DNA of 64,000 bases. Source: Eledone cirrhosa. Lineage: Eukaryota. Where the stretch lies: contig OZ024746.1 of assembly GCA_964016885.1 (NCBI GenBank), forward strand, positions 95,294,001-95,358,000. The letters are read 5' to 3'. A program made the position numbers and the translations under genes. The notes under the pieces are model-generated. The model searched no databases, was not told the DNA's origin, and saw nothing but the letters and a program-made list of their open reading frames with translations. This document shows, in pieces, positions 39,467 to 52,380 of this stretch (position 1 is its first letter; each line of letters begins with the position of its first letter).

Positions 39467-39782
39467 ATCAAATTTCACATCTTGTGTTAAATATTAGCTG
39501 TTAGTCTAACATCTAACCTCATTATATTTTACAAAGTGATAATTTTTTATATTTTCATTTGATTAATTTTGATGATTCAACTTTTTGTTCATCTAATTAA
39601 TTAAGTAATAATTAATTATGAAACGTGTTAATTTATTAAAATGTAATATAATTAACAGTTTTGGGTCTTGTGTATTATTGTATATATATATATATGTGTG
39701 TGTGTATGTGTGTGTATATATATATATATATATATACACCCTTGCGAGCAGGGAAAGGCGGATGTAAAATGATGATGATACA

Positions 39783-40590
39783 CATCGTCATCATCATCAT
39801 TTTACATCCGCCTTTCCCTGCTTGTCACGGTCCTTTGTCATCTCCCCCGTGAGCTTCAGTGATCTGAGCTCTGCTCTCACCACCTCCGCCCATGTTTTTC
39901 TTGGTCTACCCCTACTGCATCTTCCTTCTACTGGGATTTCTTGGCACTTCTTTACCCAGCGGTCATCCTCCATGTGCATCACATGTCCATACCCATGTAG
40001 TCTTCTCTCCCGCACACTACAACTTATCCCTCTCATACACAATTGCTCTCTCAACTCATCTATGCTTAATCGTTCACGTACATACTGTGCATGCTTGCTT
40101 CATTTCTCTCCAGCCATCGCATATCCTCTGCACTTGCTGCCCGTGTCTCACTGCCATGCAGCATCGCACATCTCACACAGGCATCATATAACCGCCCTTT
40201 CATACGTAGGGAGAAACCCTTCTTTGTCAACAGAGGAAGCAGCTCCCTAAACATCTTCCAACCCATCCTTATTCTAGATACTATGGCCTCGGAACATCCC
40301 CCTCCCATGCTAATCTGATCACCTAGGTACCGGAAGCTATCAACCACTTCTATAGAACGTACCTGCATTTGAAAAATGTGTCTATCACTGCGGCTCCTAC
40401 TGTAAAATTTCCCTGTAAATCTACTGCATATGTATTTCTCCCTACCTGTTAGTTTGCCTGCTATCCCGCTACATCTCTTGTGTACCCAAGATTTGCATTG
40501 TGTACATTTTATAGAGTTTATGTCAGCTCCTTTTCTACATATCAAACATGGCCATTTCTCTGACGGAATCAGAGTTTGTACCTCTTTTCT
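39783..40590 (-). mobile_element. RTE LINE 3' fragment (frameshifted), same family as 52381..53680
   Basis: FRYLGDQISMGGGC and RGRPRKTW motifs; (GAT)n tail. Confidence 0.9.
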
Positions 40591-40767
40591 ACTTATGTAT
40601 ATATATAGATAAATATACACGGGAGTGTATGATTGTGTATAGAAGATTATATTAATAAAAGGAATTCCAACTTTGTCTGATTTACTCGTTTTATTTACAA
40701 TCCTTTAAAATGTAAAATGGTATTAGAATGAAATAGTATGGTAGAATGTTAAATGTTAAGTGTTAAT

Positions 40768-40806
40768 TGAACAAGTACTTTCATGCTTTCGCAATCTTCA
40801 GGTTCA
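40768..40806 (-). ncRNA. Minimal type I hammerhead ribozyme motif (Penelope-like pLTR remnant, about 40620..40845)
   Basis: - strand TGAAC CTGAAGA TTGCGAAAGCAT GAAA GTAC TT GTTCA: stem I TGAAC/GTTCA, CUGANGA and GAAA core, GNRA-capped stem II, palindromic stem III, AATAAA downstream. Confidence 0.7.
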
Positions 40807-40899
40807 TAATGTGTGGTGACAGTCAAGTTTGCAATTTTTAACTGTCATATATTTATATATATATATGTATATATATAAGTATATGTATATATATATATA

Positions 40900-42550
40900 G
40901 GTAAGGAAGAGCAATTAGAGACGTGCAATATAGAGGAACAGTGGGAATTCTTGAAAGTGAACCTGCTGAAAGCAACGGATGAAATCTGTGGCTGGAGCAG
41001 ACCTATTGGCAAGCGGAGAGTAACTTGGTGGTGGAACAGTAAGGTGGATGAGACAATCAAGGCCAAAAAGCAAGCTTGGAAACTATGGCAGGATGGGGGA
41101 AGTAGAGAGCACTATCAAGTGGCCAGGAGAGAAGCTAGGGGACAAGTGTACCTTACAAAAAGGGAAGCAGAGGCTATAAAGTTCAAGCATATTCTACAAC
41201 GTGAGGACCAAAAACGTGAGGTGTTCAGGATTGCTAGACAATGTGTCAAGGAAAACCGTGATATTGTCGAGGAGAAGTGTGTCCATAATGATAACAGTGT
41301 ACTTGCCCTCACTGATACTGATAAGAAGATAGCCTGGAAGTGTCACTACGAGAGACTATTAAATGAGGAGAATAAATGGGAAAAAGATAGTCGGCCCCAA
41401 ATCGATCCAATAGAAGGACCAACGGTGCAAGTTAAAGGTAGTATACAATCAAAGATATGAAGACAGGCAAGGCAGCTGGGCCTTCGGGGATAGTTGCTGA
41501 GATGTTGAAGGCATCTGGAATGGTGGGACATACTATGGTCACCCGTATAGTTAACCAAGTAATATAGAATGGGGTCATACCAAAAGACTGGCATAGCAGC
41601 ATCATCATTAACTGCTACTAGGGGAAACTATAGAGGCATTAAGTTAATTGACCAGGTCATGAAGGTCACAGAAAGAGTTACAGCGCAACTAATCAGAGAG
41701 CGAATTGATCTAGATGAAATGCAGTTTGGGTTTGTGTCAGATAAAAGTACCAGAGATGCTATTTTCTTTGTACGACAACTACAGGAGACGTAAAAGTAAA
41801 CCCCTCTACTTAGCTTTTGTAGACCTGGAGAAAGCCTTTGATAGAGTCACCCGCTCCATTATATGGTGGGCTCTTAGAAAACTAGGTGTAGATGAATGGC
41901 TTGTGAGAGCTATACAAGCTACATATAAAGAAACAGTCTGTAAGGTTAGAATTAACAATGAATATTGTGAAGAATTTAGTGTAAAAGTTGGTGTTCATCA
42001 AGGCTCTGTCCTTAGCCCCCTCCTATTTATTATTGCCCTTCAGGCTATAACAGAGGAGTTCAAGACCGGCTGCCCACGGGAACTCCTATACGCAGATGGT
42101 CTAACTCTCATAGCTGAATCTATGGCTGAACTAGAGAAGAAATTCCAAACATAGTAGCATGGCCTAGAATCAAAAGGCCTTAAAGTTAACTTGTCTAAGT
42201 CTAAAGTTCTAGTTTATAGAAAGGAAAATAGGGCACAGGTGCCCTCAGGGAAATGTCCATGCTCAGTGTGTAGGAAAAGAGTAGGCAGAAATTCCATTTT
42301 ATTTCCCAAATGCAAACTATGGGTACATAAAAGATGTAGTGGGATCACAGGTAAACTAAGAATGTAGACTTTATATGTGGCCGATGCTCAGGTGCAATAA
42401 GTAGCAAGTGCCCACAGGATAATAGCTCCTTCTATTGCCCAGATGGTTCTATAGAAATAGTGGACACTTTCCGTTACCTGGGTAACGAAATCAGCAGTGG
42501 TGGAGGGTGTTCTGAAAGTACAGTAGTCAGAATGGGATGGAAAAAGTTAG
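40900..42550 (+). mobile_element. Degenerate RTE LINE fragment (linker plus RT)
   Basis: TWWWNSKV, NYRGIKL, MQFGFV, AFVDLEKAFDRV, GVHQGSVLSPLLF and LLYAD motifs, with stops and frameshifts. Confidence 0.9.
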
Positions 42551-42780
42551 GTTCATAGGTTTCCCACTATCATTGTTCAATTCATCTACCACTGAGTTTA
42601 GGATATCAACCAAATCTTGTCCTAGCCCGTTAGCATTCATCTCCTCAGTGGCCTTATCTTTGTTCCAGGTATTATTTATTTCAGCATTCAGATCATTGTC
42701 TGCTTCAGATGGTTCCTCTGTTCTCTCAACCTCTTCACCTTCATTTCCCACTGGCTCCCACAATTATTATTATTATTATT

Positions 42781-43068
42781 ATGGCCCGAGTGAATGGGCC
42801 TACTCTGAGTATGTGTCTGTAAATTAAAGGTGGGAAACTGGGAGAGGGCACTTGCCCTGGTGGTCAGGGTCACTGTGGTCTTTTAATGGGCTTTCTCCAC
42901 AAATGTTCCTCGGAAGTCTCCCCCCTATTGGGGAATTTTTCTTTGTTATTTTATTACATCCTCTGTTTTTTTTTACACGCAGAAATGCCCATTTGTACCG
43001 TCCTGTATTGTCCTGTACTGTCCTTAATGTCTACTTTATGTAAACCCTTGTGGTTAATAAAGAAAACA
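42781..43068 (+). mobile_element. Short LINE-like 3' end inserted in a (TTA)n tract
   Basis: Flanked on both sides by (TTA)n; ends with AATAAAG-AAAA; T-rich 3'UTR-like body. Family not identified. Confidence 0.4.
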
Positions 43069-44399
43069 TTATTATTATTATTATTATTATTTTGTGTAAG
43101 TGTTATAAGAACATTCGTTGGGGTTAGTTAAACCACATACAATCAGAGAAGCAAAATAGTCCAGAGACCACAACAGTAATTAGTTTTTGCATTAATAGAT
43201 ATGTAAAAGGTAAATACATACTTATTATTAGTCCAGTTACTCGCTCAAGTATAAAGGAAGATTAGAAGTAGAAAACATAATTGTTTCTACTTTAGGCACA
43301 AGGCCAGCAATTATCCAGTGTATTACTGGTACTTTATTTTATCGACCCCGTAAGGATGAAAGGCAAATGATAATAATAGCCATTCTCACAGCAAATTGAA
43401 ACCAGAGAAGCTGTGTAATTTTACGCAGTATATTGCAGCGTAAAGTAACCTGTTTAATTTTTGACCTGCGTTAGAAGAAAACGTTTATAGTTAGTCCTAT
43501 ATATATGATAAAGAGAGTTATTACTTCTACTGGCAACAAAGAGATTCTCTCTTTGAGTAAAGGCAGATTGTATACTGCTTATATATAAAGTACAACATCG
43601 CATTGTATTGAAACCTGGGCATTGGATGAGTCGGATGTGTGGTGGCTATAAGAAAATACAGGGTATAAGAGGAATCAAATGTAATGTGGTATTGAAAAGG
43701 AAAATACCCCAGCATTTGACTAGATATAAGTACCTATATTTGTGAGCATATATAAATAATTATGTATGCTTAAATATATGTTTTAATGAATATTTATATG
43801 GTATATGACATAAGAATTATTTAAGTAATAGACATAAAGCTCAATTTCTGTTGTGGTGCTGAAAGGGAAATACCCCAGCATTTGACTAAATATAAGTATT
43901 TATATTTATAGATAAGTATGTAATTAACAGCAGCAAATTGGCAGAGTTGTTACAATGTCAGATAGGAGGCTGTTTTGTTTTGGAGCTCCATAGTTTCCAA
44001 TGAGTGTTTCAGTTGTTTGATCAATGGTGAAACCTGCTCAGGAAATTAACACACAGGAGGCTGAGCATTCCAGAAAAACATGTACCCATAACATAGTTCT
44101 CAGGGAGATTCTGTGTGACACAGTGTGTGATAAGGTTAGCCCATTGAATTACTAGGACAACTCATTTTTTTTTTTTTCTAACTGAGTGGACTAGAACAAG
44201 GACACAATGTGCCTGGCAATGGAAATAATGTCCTTATGATCGTGAGCCAAACAGGCAGACCACTAAGCCATGATATGATGTATATGGAGTAGGAAAGTCA
44301 GGTAAAGACATGCCAAATAGAAGAATCTTGCAAAAGAGGAATAATGAAGTAAATATGATAAAATGCCCAAGACATGCCAGGACCATACATACAATTAAT

Positions 44400-45170
44400 G
44401 ATCTTGTTTCAGATATCACTTGAAAGTCCAGAAAATGTGCAGTTAGCATTTTTCTTCACAAAATCTAAATGTGATCATTGTATTCTGCTACTGCTTCACA
44501 TATAGCCAGGAAATTACTCTTATTGTTTGATCCTTCTGTTTCATCATGTCTTCGAAATAGTAATTTTTGACAGGCCAACATTCCAATATAATAAATTAAC
44601 CTTTTCAATATATCAGGATTTTTCTTGACTAATCTATTATGCAACTTAATCGAAGCTGTTTTCCAGTGATCAATCACTGTATCAATTCATTGTCAGCCAA
44701 AGGTTTTCAGAGCAATTATGGAATTCAGATGGTTCTGAGATTCTTTGTGTCTTGTCAAAGCTGTAATCAGGCGGCGGCAGCGGGAATATATATATATGTG
44801 TGTGTGTGTGTGTATATATGTGTGTATACACACACACACTTTGTGTCTTGTCAAAGCTGTAATCAGATTTTTCAAATCCCAATAACTGTTAGTTGATGTA
44901 TTCTTAAGTTGACAAAATAACAGACATGGGGAACAGAACAATTTGTTCACAATGGGACATCATATCATCCACTCATATTGTTCATAATACTTGGAATCAA
45001 AATAACGATAACATTCCTTGCTGTCCACTTTGGTTTTGATTTTCAGTTCCATCTTTGGCTTCTCTCTTCCAAGAATGATAATATTCTTCTTCTCTTTGAA
45101 GTTTCTTGTTGCAAAAGATGGAAAGTAGAGGGGAAACTGAGTTTATTGACACTTTTGCCATCATGTTGTT
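44400..45170 (-). mobile_element. Degenerate hAT transposase (ZMYM1/DUF4371-like) fragment
   Basis: KLFCSPCLLF (TTF-type zinc-finger region) and QKLLFRRHDETEGSNNKSNFL (FRGHDE..N.GNF motif), interrupted by a microsatellite-bearing duplication. Confidence 0.7.
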
Positions 45171-46439
45171 GAGTGAAAATGTGATAAATGTTACAGAGTT
45201 ATAATTTTTTTTTTATGAATTCAAGCTTCACTCTAACAAAAAATAGGTGGGAGTATACTATTTTATGTAACTTTAAAAAAAATAATTTGAAATATTTAAA
45301 ATTAAATTTTAAAGCATTAAAATGAAGACTTTACCTTTTTCATCACAAAAACAAACACTGTTGGCTACTCCTTTTCACCCCAAGTGTGAACTGGTTAAGA
45401 AGTAAATTCTGGGTAGTGGTCACATGACAGAATCCAGGTCTTAAAACAGTAAAAAAAAGAAACTTTTTAAGTGACATTAGGGTCACCAAATGTTCCATAT
45501 ATACTCTTCTACAGTACTGAATTGTATGAAATAAACCAGAATCAGCAATGATTCTAAATCTGTTCGAAAATGCAAGTCTTTGATCTCAATCATACAGGGT
45601 AATAAAAACATCATTGCTTTGCTTCGGCTGGTAGGCCTGCAAAATATATTCTGCTTTTACTTGACTATCTCTCTCTTACCCCCTTCACAATAGGAAAAAG
45701 ACAATATATTAACGAAACTAACAACATTGGTTTTTCTTAAGGTCACTGGAAGACAAGCACAACAAAAATTACTTTTGTTTGCCTATTGCTTACCTCCCAC
45801 TCCTTTGTTCAAAGGTGAAAAGGGAAAGTAATTTAATTCAATGTATTTCATTCACTTCTCCCTAAGCAAGCAGGTACTTTATCTGCTTACACATTTTAAA
45901 TAATATCGTTTGTTTACAAATTATCCAGAGAAATGAAGGAATGAGAAACACAAAAAAATAAAATAAAATGAATAAACAGATCATGAGTACAATGATGATA
46001 GTGAAAATTATCAATAATTGATTTTATATCACACAAACATTGTTTATCCTGGAGAAAAGCAAGGCATGCAATGCATGCATTGCATACATAGACCCTTCAC
46101 CCCTGATGTCAACCACTTCATGGCATGTACCGGATGAATTTTTATGTGGCACTATTAATACCACCTTACAGAGTGGACTGGGTACGTTTTATCGCAGTAC
46201 CACTACTACCACCCAACACTGGGTGCTTTTATCGTGGCACCTTCACTTCTCCTTGGCAGTGTGGGCTGAGTGCATTTTATTGTGACACCAGCACTACCAC
46301 CAGATATATATTTAGGAAATTGGAATATGGTTTCTATTTATTTACACATTAAACTGCAAATAACCACACACAGTAGATCCTGTACGATTGTTAGTGTTAG
46401 GAATATACGTAATATATAATTACAAAGTCTTTGTTGTAA

Positions 46440-47350
46440 GGACAAAGAAGATCAGGTAGAAGGAACTTTTGTCAGGGAAACCAACCAGAACCAGTTTTTT
46501 GGTTTACTCTGTCTATGAGATGTTTCCTAGTTATACAAACCTAAAACGTTGGAAAGTAGAAGATAGTGGCCGTTGCCAAAGAAAAATGGCCAGAACAATG
46601 AAGCATATAATATCCAGTTGTCCACTAGGCCTGAAGAACAGAGACATGTGGCAGCATAACCGGGTACTGGCTGATGCAGTGAAAGAGAAGGTGAAGAGGA
46701 TTGAAAAACAGCAAGAGACTGCAAGTGGCGGAGAAGAGCAGGATCACGTTTTGTAATGAAGGAAAACACTATAAGCCAGCCATTGTTAAAAGAAGATTAA
46801 TTCAAATTGGGAGTGGATTTGAGCGAATTTAGTTGACCTGGACTGCCAATAACACTTCCCCCTTTTTACCACCAAGAGACCTAACCTCATCTTGAGGTGC
46901 AAGGAAAGGAATGTAGGGAAGATGGTGTAACTAACTGTCTCTTGGGAGTCAGACATTAATGATGCATTCAACAGGAAAGCCAAGAAGTACAGTGAGCTAG
47001 TTTAACTCTGTGAAACCTGTAGATGGGAGGCAAGATATTTCTCTGTAGAGGTAGGAATCAGAGGATTCCTCAGAACTATAGGGTTGACTCAAAGGCCTTG
47101 GACTGATGGCAAAAGAAATGAAACACCTTTCAAGGGTATTATCGAATGCAGCTGAGAAAGTGAGTCACTACATTTGGTTCAAGAGAGAAGATGATGAATG
47201 GTGCACCTGACACATTGAGGTAGATGGAGACACCTTGCTTGGAGTCACAGCATCAGACTCATCTAATATTGGGCTGCCGTGCAGGAGTTTCATTGCCTAC
47301 ATCAGTGGATGACCCCAAGCAGTTCTGGTGTCTCAGTAGCAGAGGCCAAA
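46440..47350 (+). mobile_element. Degenerate Hero/R2-superfamily non-LTR 3' fragment
   Basis: NLKRWK...HIISSC...WQHNRVL and RPNLIL...LTVSWE...RKAKKYSEL...VEVGIRGF motifs. Confidence 0.7.
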
Positions 47351-48824
47351 ACACCTACAGAGTTACTTCACTGCCTGATAAGACATTGATTCCTGCCTTC
47401 AAAGACAGAGTACAGCAGCAGACAAGTGTGTTTACCAATTATGTGTATATATTTATGAAAATATATACATATGTTTGTCTTTTAACTCTTTACCATTTAC
47501 ATTACACCATATTTACTATTGTATTTTCATGGTATACACTTTATTTCACATAATTATCTTACATAATATTGAATCTATGAGATTTTAATATTTATTTTGA
47601 GAACAATACCTTAACATTAGTATGAGCTTCCGATTACAGCCAGTTCAAACAGAAAGAGGTGAGAGATATGGCCTGATATGGCTCGTTTAAATGCTAAAGG
47701 GTTAAGGGTTGTGTATGTGGTATATGGTATATGACATAAATTATTTAAGCAATAGAGATACATGTTCAGTTTCTGTTGTTGTACTGAAAGGGAAAATACC
47801 CCAGCATTTGACTAGATATAAGTACCTATATTTGTGAGCATATATAAATAAGTATGTATGTTTAAATATATATTTTAATTAATATTTATATAGTATATGA
47901 CATAAGAATTATTTAAGTAATAGACATACAAACTCATTTTCTGTTGTGGGGCTGAAAAGGAAAATACCCCAGCATTTGACTAAATATAAGTATCTATATT
48001 TATAGATAAGTATGTAATTAACAGCAGCAAACTGGCAGAGTCGTTAGAACTTCAGATAGAATGGTTTGTGCTATTCATTCCAGCTCTCTGCTCTCTGAGT
48101 TCAAATCCCGCCGAGGTCAACTTTGCCTTTCATCATTTCAAGGTCGATAAAAAAGTACCAGTCAAGCACTGGGGTGGATTCTTCCTCCATATCTCTTTCT
48201 CATTTCCTCTCTCTCACTTTCTATCTTTCCCTGGAAGAAATCTGCTGTACTCAGGTCTGGAGAGGGATGGGCTCTGCCAGGTTTATGATGCCCAAGAAAC
48301 GCTGTATGTCAATACGGCATCCCTATGACTCCATGAGGAGTTATGGGACCATACCATAGATAAGTATGCATGTTTAGGTATATGTATTAATGAATATGTA
48401 TATGGTATATGACATAAGAACGATTTAACCAATAGACACACATGTTCGCTTTTTGCTGTGATGAAGTACAAAAAAGCAATCTTATTTCTGTGTTTGACTA
48501 AATATATGTGAATATGCATGTATATATTTTTTACATCATCATCATTATCATCACCATTTGAGCTCCGTTTTCACTGCTAGCAAGGGTTGGACTATATATG
48601 ATATATAATATAGACAATATACCATACACTATATGCCATATATTCATTTGTAATAAGTAGGTGGTACAAAATTGTATTAAATGACCAGGTTCACATCTCA
48701 AAGACAAGAGGGTAATTGAACATAACTTCCTGTTTTTCGTTTTTTTTCATTATAGTCAAACAGACATAAAGTGGTATAAATATATGTAATTCAAGACTAG
48801 CTTTTTGTTGTTTTTTGTTATTTC

Positions 48825-49195
48825 TTATCATTATCATCATCAACACCGCTGCCATCATCATCATCATCACCAACACCACTATCATTATCATCATCACCAC
48901 CAACACCACTATCATTATCATCATCACCACCACCACAATTGACATCATCACCACCACCATCATCATCCTCAACGTCACCACCACCATCACCATCACCATC
49001 ACCATCATCATTGCCACCAGCACCACCAGCACCACCACCACCACCACTATCACTACTGCCATTGCCATCATCATCACCACCACCACTGCCGCCGCCACCA
49101 CCACCACCACCGTCATCACCAACACCACTGCTACCGTCAACCTCGTTGTTGTTGTTGTTATTATTATTACCATTATTTTTAATATTATTATTATT
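48825..49195. repeat. Compound trinucleotide microsatellite (CAT/CAC/CAA, then TTG/TTA)
   Basis: Low-complexity triplets that give spurious ORFs in four frames. Confidence 0.95.
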
Positions 49196-51813
49196 TCTTC
49201 CAGATCTCCTTGACAAATGTGGGTTACAACAAACTCTCCTTATTTCTATTACAATTACTTCAAATACTTCAAGTATTTCTTTGCAAACTTACAACAGAGA
49301 ATTGCAGTCTCAAAGCAGAAAGTATGACGAAAGAAGCAACATGGCTAATTTACCAAACCTGCTTGGCTCTTACAGTCTGTTTATTACCAAAGGTTAGAAG
49401 AATTTCCATATTTTACTTTATCTTACTTTCATTCTTAGTTGCATAAAGTTTGTTTCATTTATTGTTTTAACCCTTTAACATTTACATTATTCTATATTTA
49501 CCATTATGTTTTCATGGTAAAGACTTTACCTCACATCATTATCTCACGTAATATCGAATCTATGAGATTTTGATATTATTTATTTTGAGAACAATACCTT
49601 AACATTAGTATGAGTGGCCAGTTACAGCCAGTTTGAACAGAAAGAGATGAGAGAATTCCGGCCGGATACAGCCGGTTTAAATGTTAAAGGGTTAACCATT
49701 TTCTCACTGTATTTCTAATGAATTTAGTGAAGGCGTGTGGCTGAATGGTTAGAGAATTGGATTTGCAATTTTGAGGTTGTGAGTTCGATTCCCGGACTGG
49801 GTGATGCGTTATGTCCTTGAGCAAGACACTTTATTTCACGTTGCTCCTTCTGCTTAGATTTGCAACCGATAGTTAGTATTAGCAATTGGAAAGACCAATG
49901 GAAACATTGTTTCCTTGGTCCGATTTGACGAGCTCCACCCCATTCGTTAAGTGAATGATGTCTAGGATCTTGTTGATCAACTGTTGATATTTTTAATTAA
50001 TTACATTATATTTCAATTCATTAAAGAAGAAGTTGAAAGGATTTACTAAAATTAGTGAGATAGTAACCTAACACTGACTCTTTTGCTACCTCCCACATCA
50101 TACAGGGGTGGATTTAATGGGGGGGGGGGGGGGGGGCAAAGGGGGAAATTTCTCTGGGTGCCCTGTAACTGGGGCCCTACCAGCGACAGCCATAGCAATT
50201 TATTTGTGCCCTCAGCTGGCTTTTTAGTTTTAGGATGGTTAGAATTTTTGAATTTAATACCTGTATGTATAACTTTTCAATTCCAATTACTTGTGTCAAG
50301 CTAACTTTGATATGGAAAATTAAAGGGTTTGCTGTGTATTCTAATTTTTTGTGTATGAATATATTTCTATACTGCATGATACTATACTATACTATATTAT
50401 ACTATATTATACCATACTATACTATTACTATATATATTTTTCAACCAAATTTAGCGTCTCTCAATCTATGGTAAAATATGTGATTTATTATGAAGGAGTT
50501 GGTATAAAAATAACTGAAGAAATTGTTATATTATTTAAAAAACAAAAACAAAAAAAAAATTATGTTGAACAATTTTAATTTAAAAAGGAACCCTTTAAAA
50601 TGAGCAGCTTTGTTTCATAGAACAAAAGACAATTTGGATTGGGTTGGTATCTCATCAGATTGGAGCAAAGAAACGATGTTTCCATTGGTCTTTCTAATTG
50701 CTGATACTCTCTACCGATCACATCTTCTGGCAGAAAGACATAGCACATTGCCCAGCCCAGGAATCGAACTCACAACCTTATGATTGAGAATCCGACTCAC
50801 TAACCACTAAGATAATTAAATTGTAGAAACAATTATATATGTATATATATATAACCATTAAAGTATTCAAATCTAAATTTAAATCTTGGACTGAAATTTC
50901 AATGTGATGACATTTCAGATAAAAAGTAGATTCTGGTAGTTAAAAATTTATCTTTTATTAAGTTTTGCGGGGCTCACACCTGCGGCTGGCCAGCTCAGCA
51001 CCTATGGGGGTGAGTAGGGAGGTAGCCCTAGGGCCAAGGACACCAGAAGTCTCCACTGCCAGGGGTACAACTGCAAACCTTTCGGAGAGCGACCAGTATT
51101 TGAGGAGCTTGCTGGACGTGCAGCAGAACCCAGGTTAATCGCAGACTGCACCAGGTTGCGGTCTCATTATTCTTGGTGACTTTGATAATTAGAACACAAA
51201 GGCAATATATTATTTGTATAAATAAAGTCACAAAGGGTTACTATATTTGTGACATTAAATAGCTTGTGTATATTTATATATATATATATATAGGAGAAAG
51301 TATGACCCCAACGGCAGAGCTCAAGCCGTTTCGACAGCTATTTCTGGACTCAGAAATAGTCCGGAAATAGCCGTCGAAACGGTTTGAGCTCTGCTCACCT
51401 GTAGAAATGAGTACCAGCCTGCCCGCCCAGCCAGTGGGATGGCGTTATCTTATGGCTAAAACAGCACGACGTGCTATGACCAGCGGCGCCGATTGGTGCC
51501 CGACAGACTGGTCGGTCAAGGTGATCAAGGTGATATATATGTATGTAAAAGGTAAACAGTAATAACAACACAATTGGTACAGTATATGGAAGGGATATAT
51601 ACACACACATTATAAAGAGTCAAGGCCCAATAGCTGAACTCTTGCCATTTCAACAGCTAGTTCCAGACTCTGGAACTAAATGTTGAAATGGCAAGACCTC
51701 AGCTGTTGGATCCTGACTCTTTATAATACAGCCATACTCTACTGCACACTGCACCAAGTATAGAGTACTCTGTTGAGTAATGGTCAAACTAGTTTTAAAC
51801 TGGTTCTACTCTG

Positions 51814-51847
<34 letters not shown>

Positions 51848-52162
51848 TGGTATGGTATGGTATGGTCTGGTAACTCCTGACAGAGTTGTAGGGGCACCAC
51901 ATTGACATATGGCGTTTCTTGGGCAGTTTAAGCCTGGTGGAGACCATCCCTCCCCAGGCCTAAGTACAGCAAATTTCTTCCAGAGAAAGGAAGAATCGAC
52001 TCAAGTACTAAAACTGGTACTTTTTTTATCGATCTTAAAAGGATGAAAGGCAAAGTTGACCTCGGCGGGATTTGAACTCAGAGAGCAGAGAGCTGGAATG
52101 AATAGCACAAACCATTCTATTCGATGTTTTAACGACACCATTTACACCAACACATCATGGGT

Positions 52163-52234
52163 GATGTGTTGGTGTAAATGGTAGCACAGTGGTCCGGATA
52201 ACCAAAGATGTGGGTTCGACTCCCATGTACGTCA
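52163..52234 (+). pseudogene. tRNA-like sequence (pseudo-tRNA or SINE head)
   Basis: Foldable cloverleaf with A box TGGTGTAAATGG and B box GGTTCGACTCC, followed by a T5 run. Several G-U pairs in the acceptor stem and no U33, so unlikely to be a functional tRNA. Confidence 0.6.
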
Positions 52235-52380
52235 ATACTCATCTTTTTCCATTTCTCCGAGGGTTCTTAACCCCACTATCAGGCTAAATAATTTCTTTAA
52301 TTGCCTTAGTCAAAATACGGCGATTTCTAATAATCTCAAATCAACTCGTTGTTTCGAAAATATTCTTACTATATATATAT

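Noticed and set aside
39259-39504. ORF with repeated CSLECPIQYNIKI resembling a metal-binding repeat protein
   Set aside because: Translation of a 39-bp tandem repeat with no gene context.
42527-42763. Acidic 78-aa ORF on the - strand
   Set aside because: No recognisable domain or splice signals; wedged between retroelement fragments and probably TE-derived.
45336-45439. Possible minus-strand exon (ttttaag acceptor, gtaaag donor)
   Set aside because: Stops in all three frames and a weak acceptor; at most a non-coding exon of the adjacent hAT remnant.
48691-49397. Gly/Asp-rich, Pro-rich, Thr/Ile-rich and Val/Met-rich ORFs
   Set aside because: Trinucleotide microsatellite open in multiple frames; no splice or domain support.
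50645-50665. CTGATGAG on the - strand as a further hammerhead (also TTGACGAG near 49925)
   Set aside because: No correctly placed GAAA box or stem I partner could be found.
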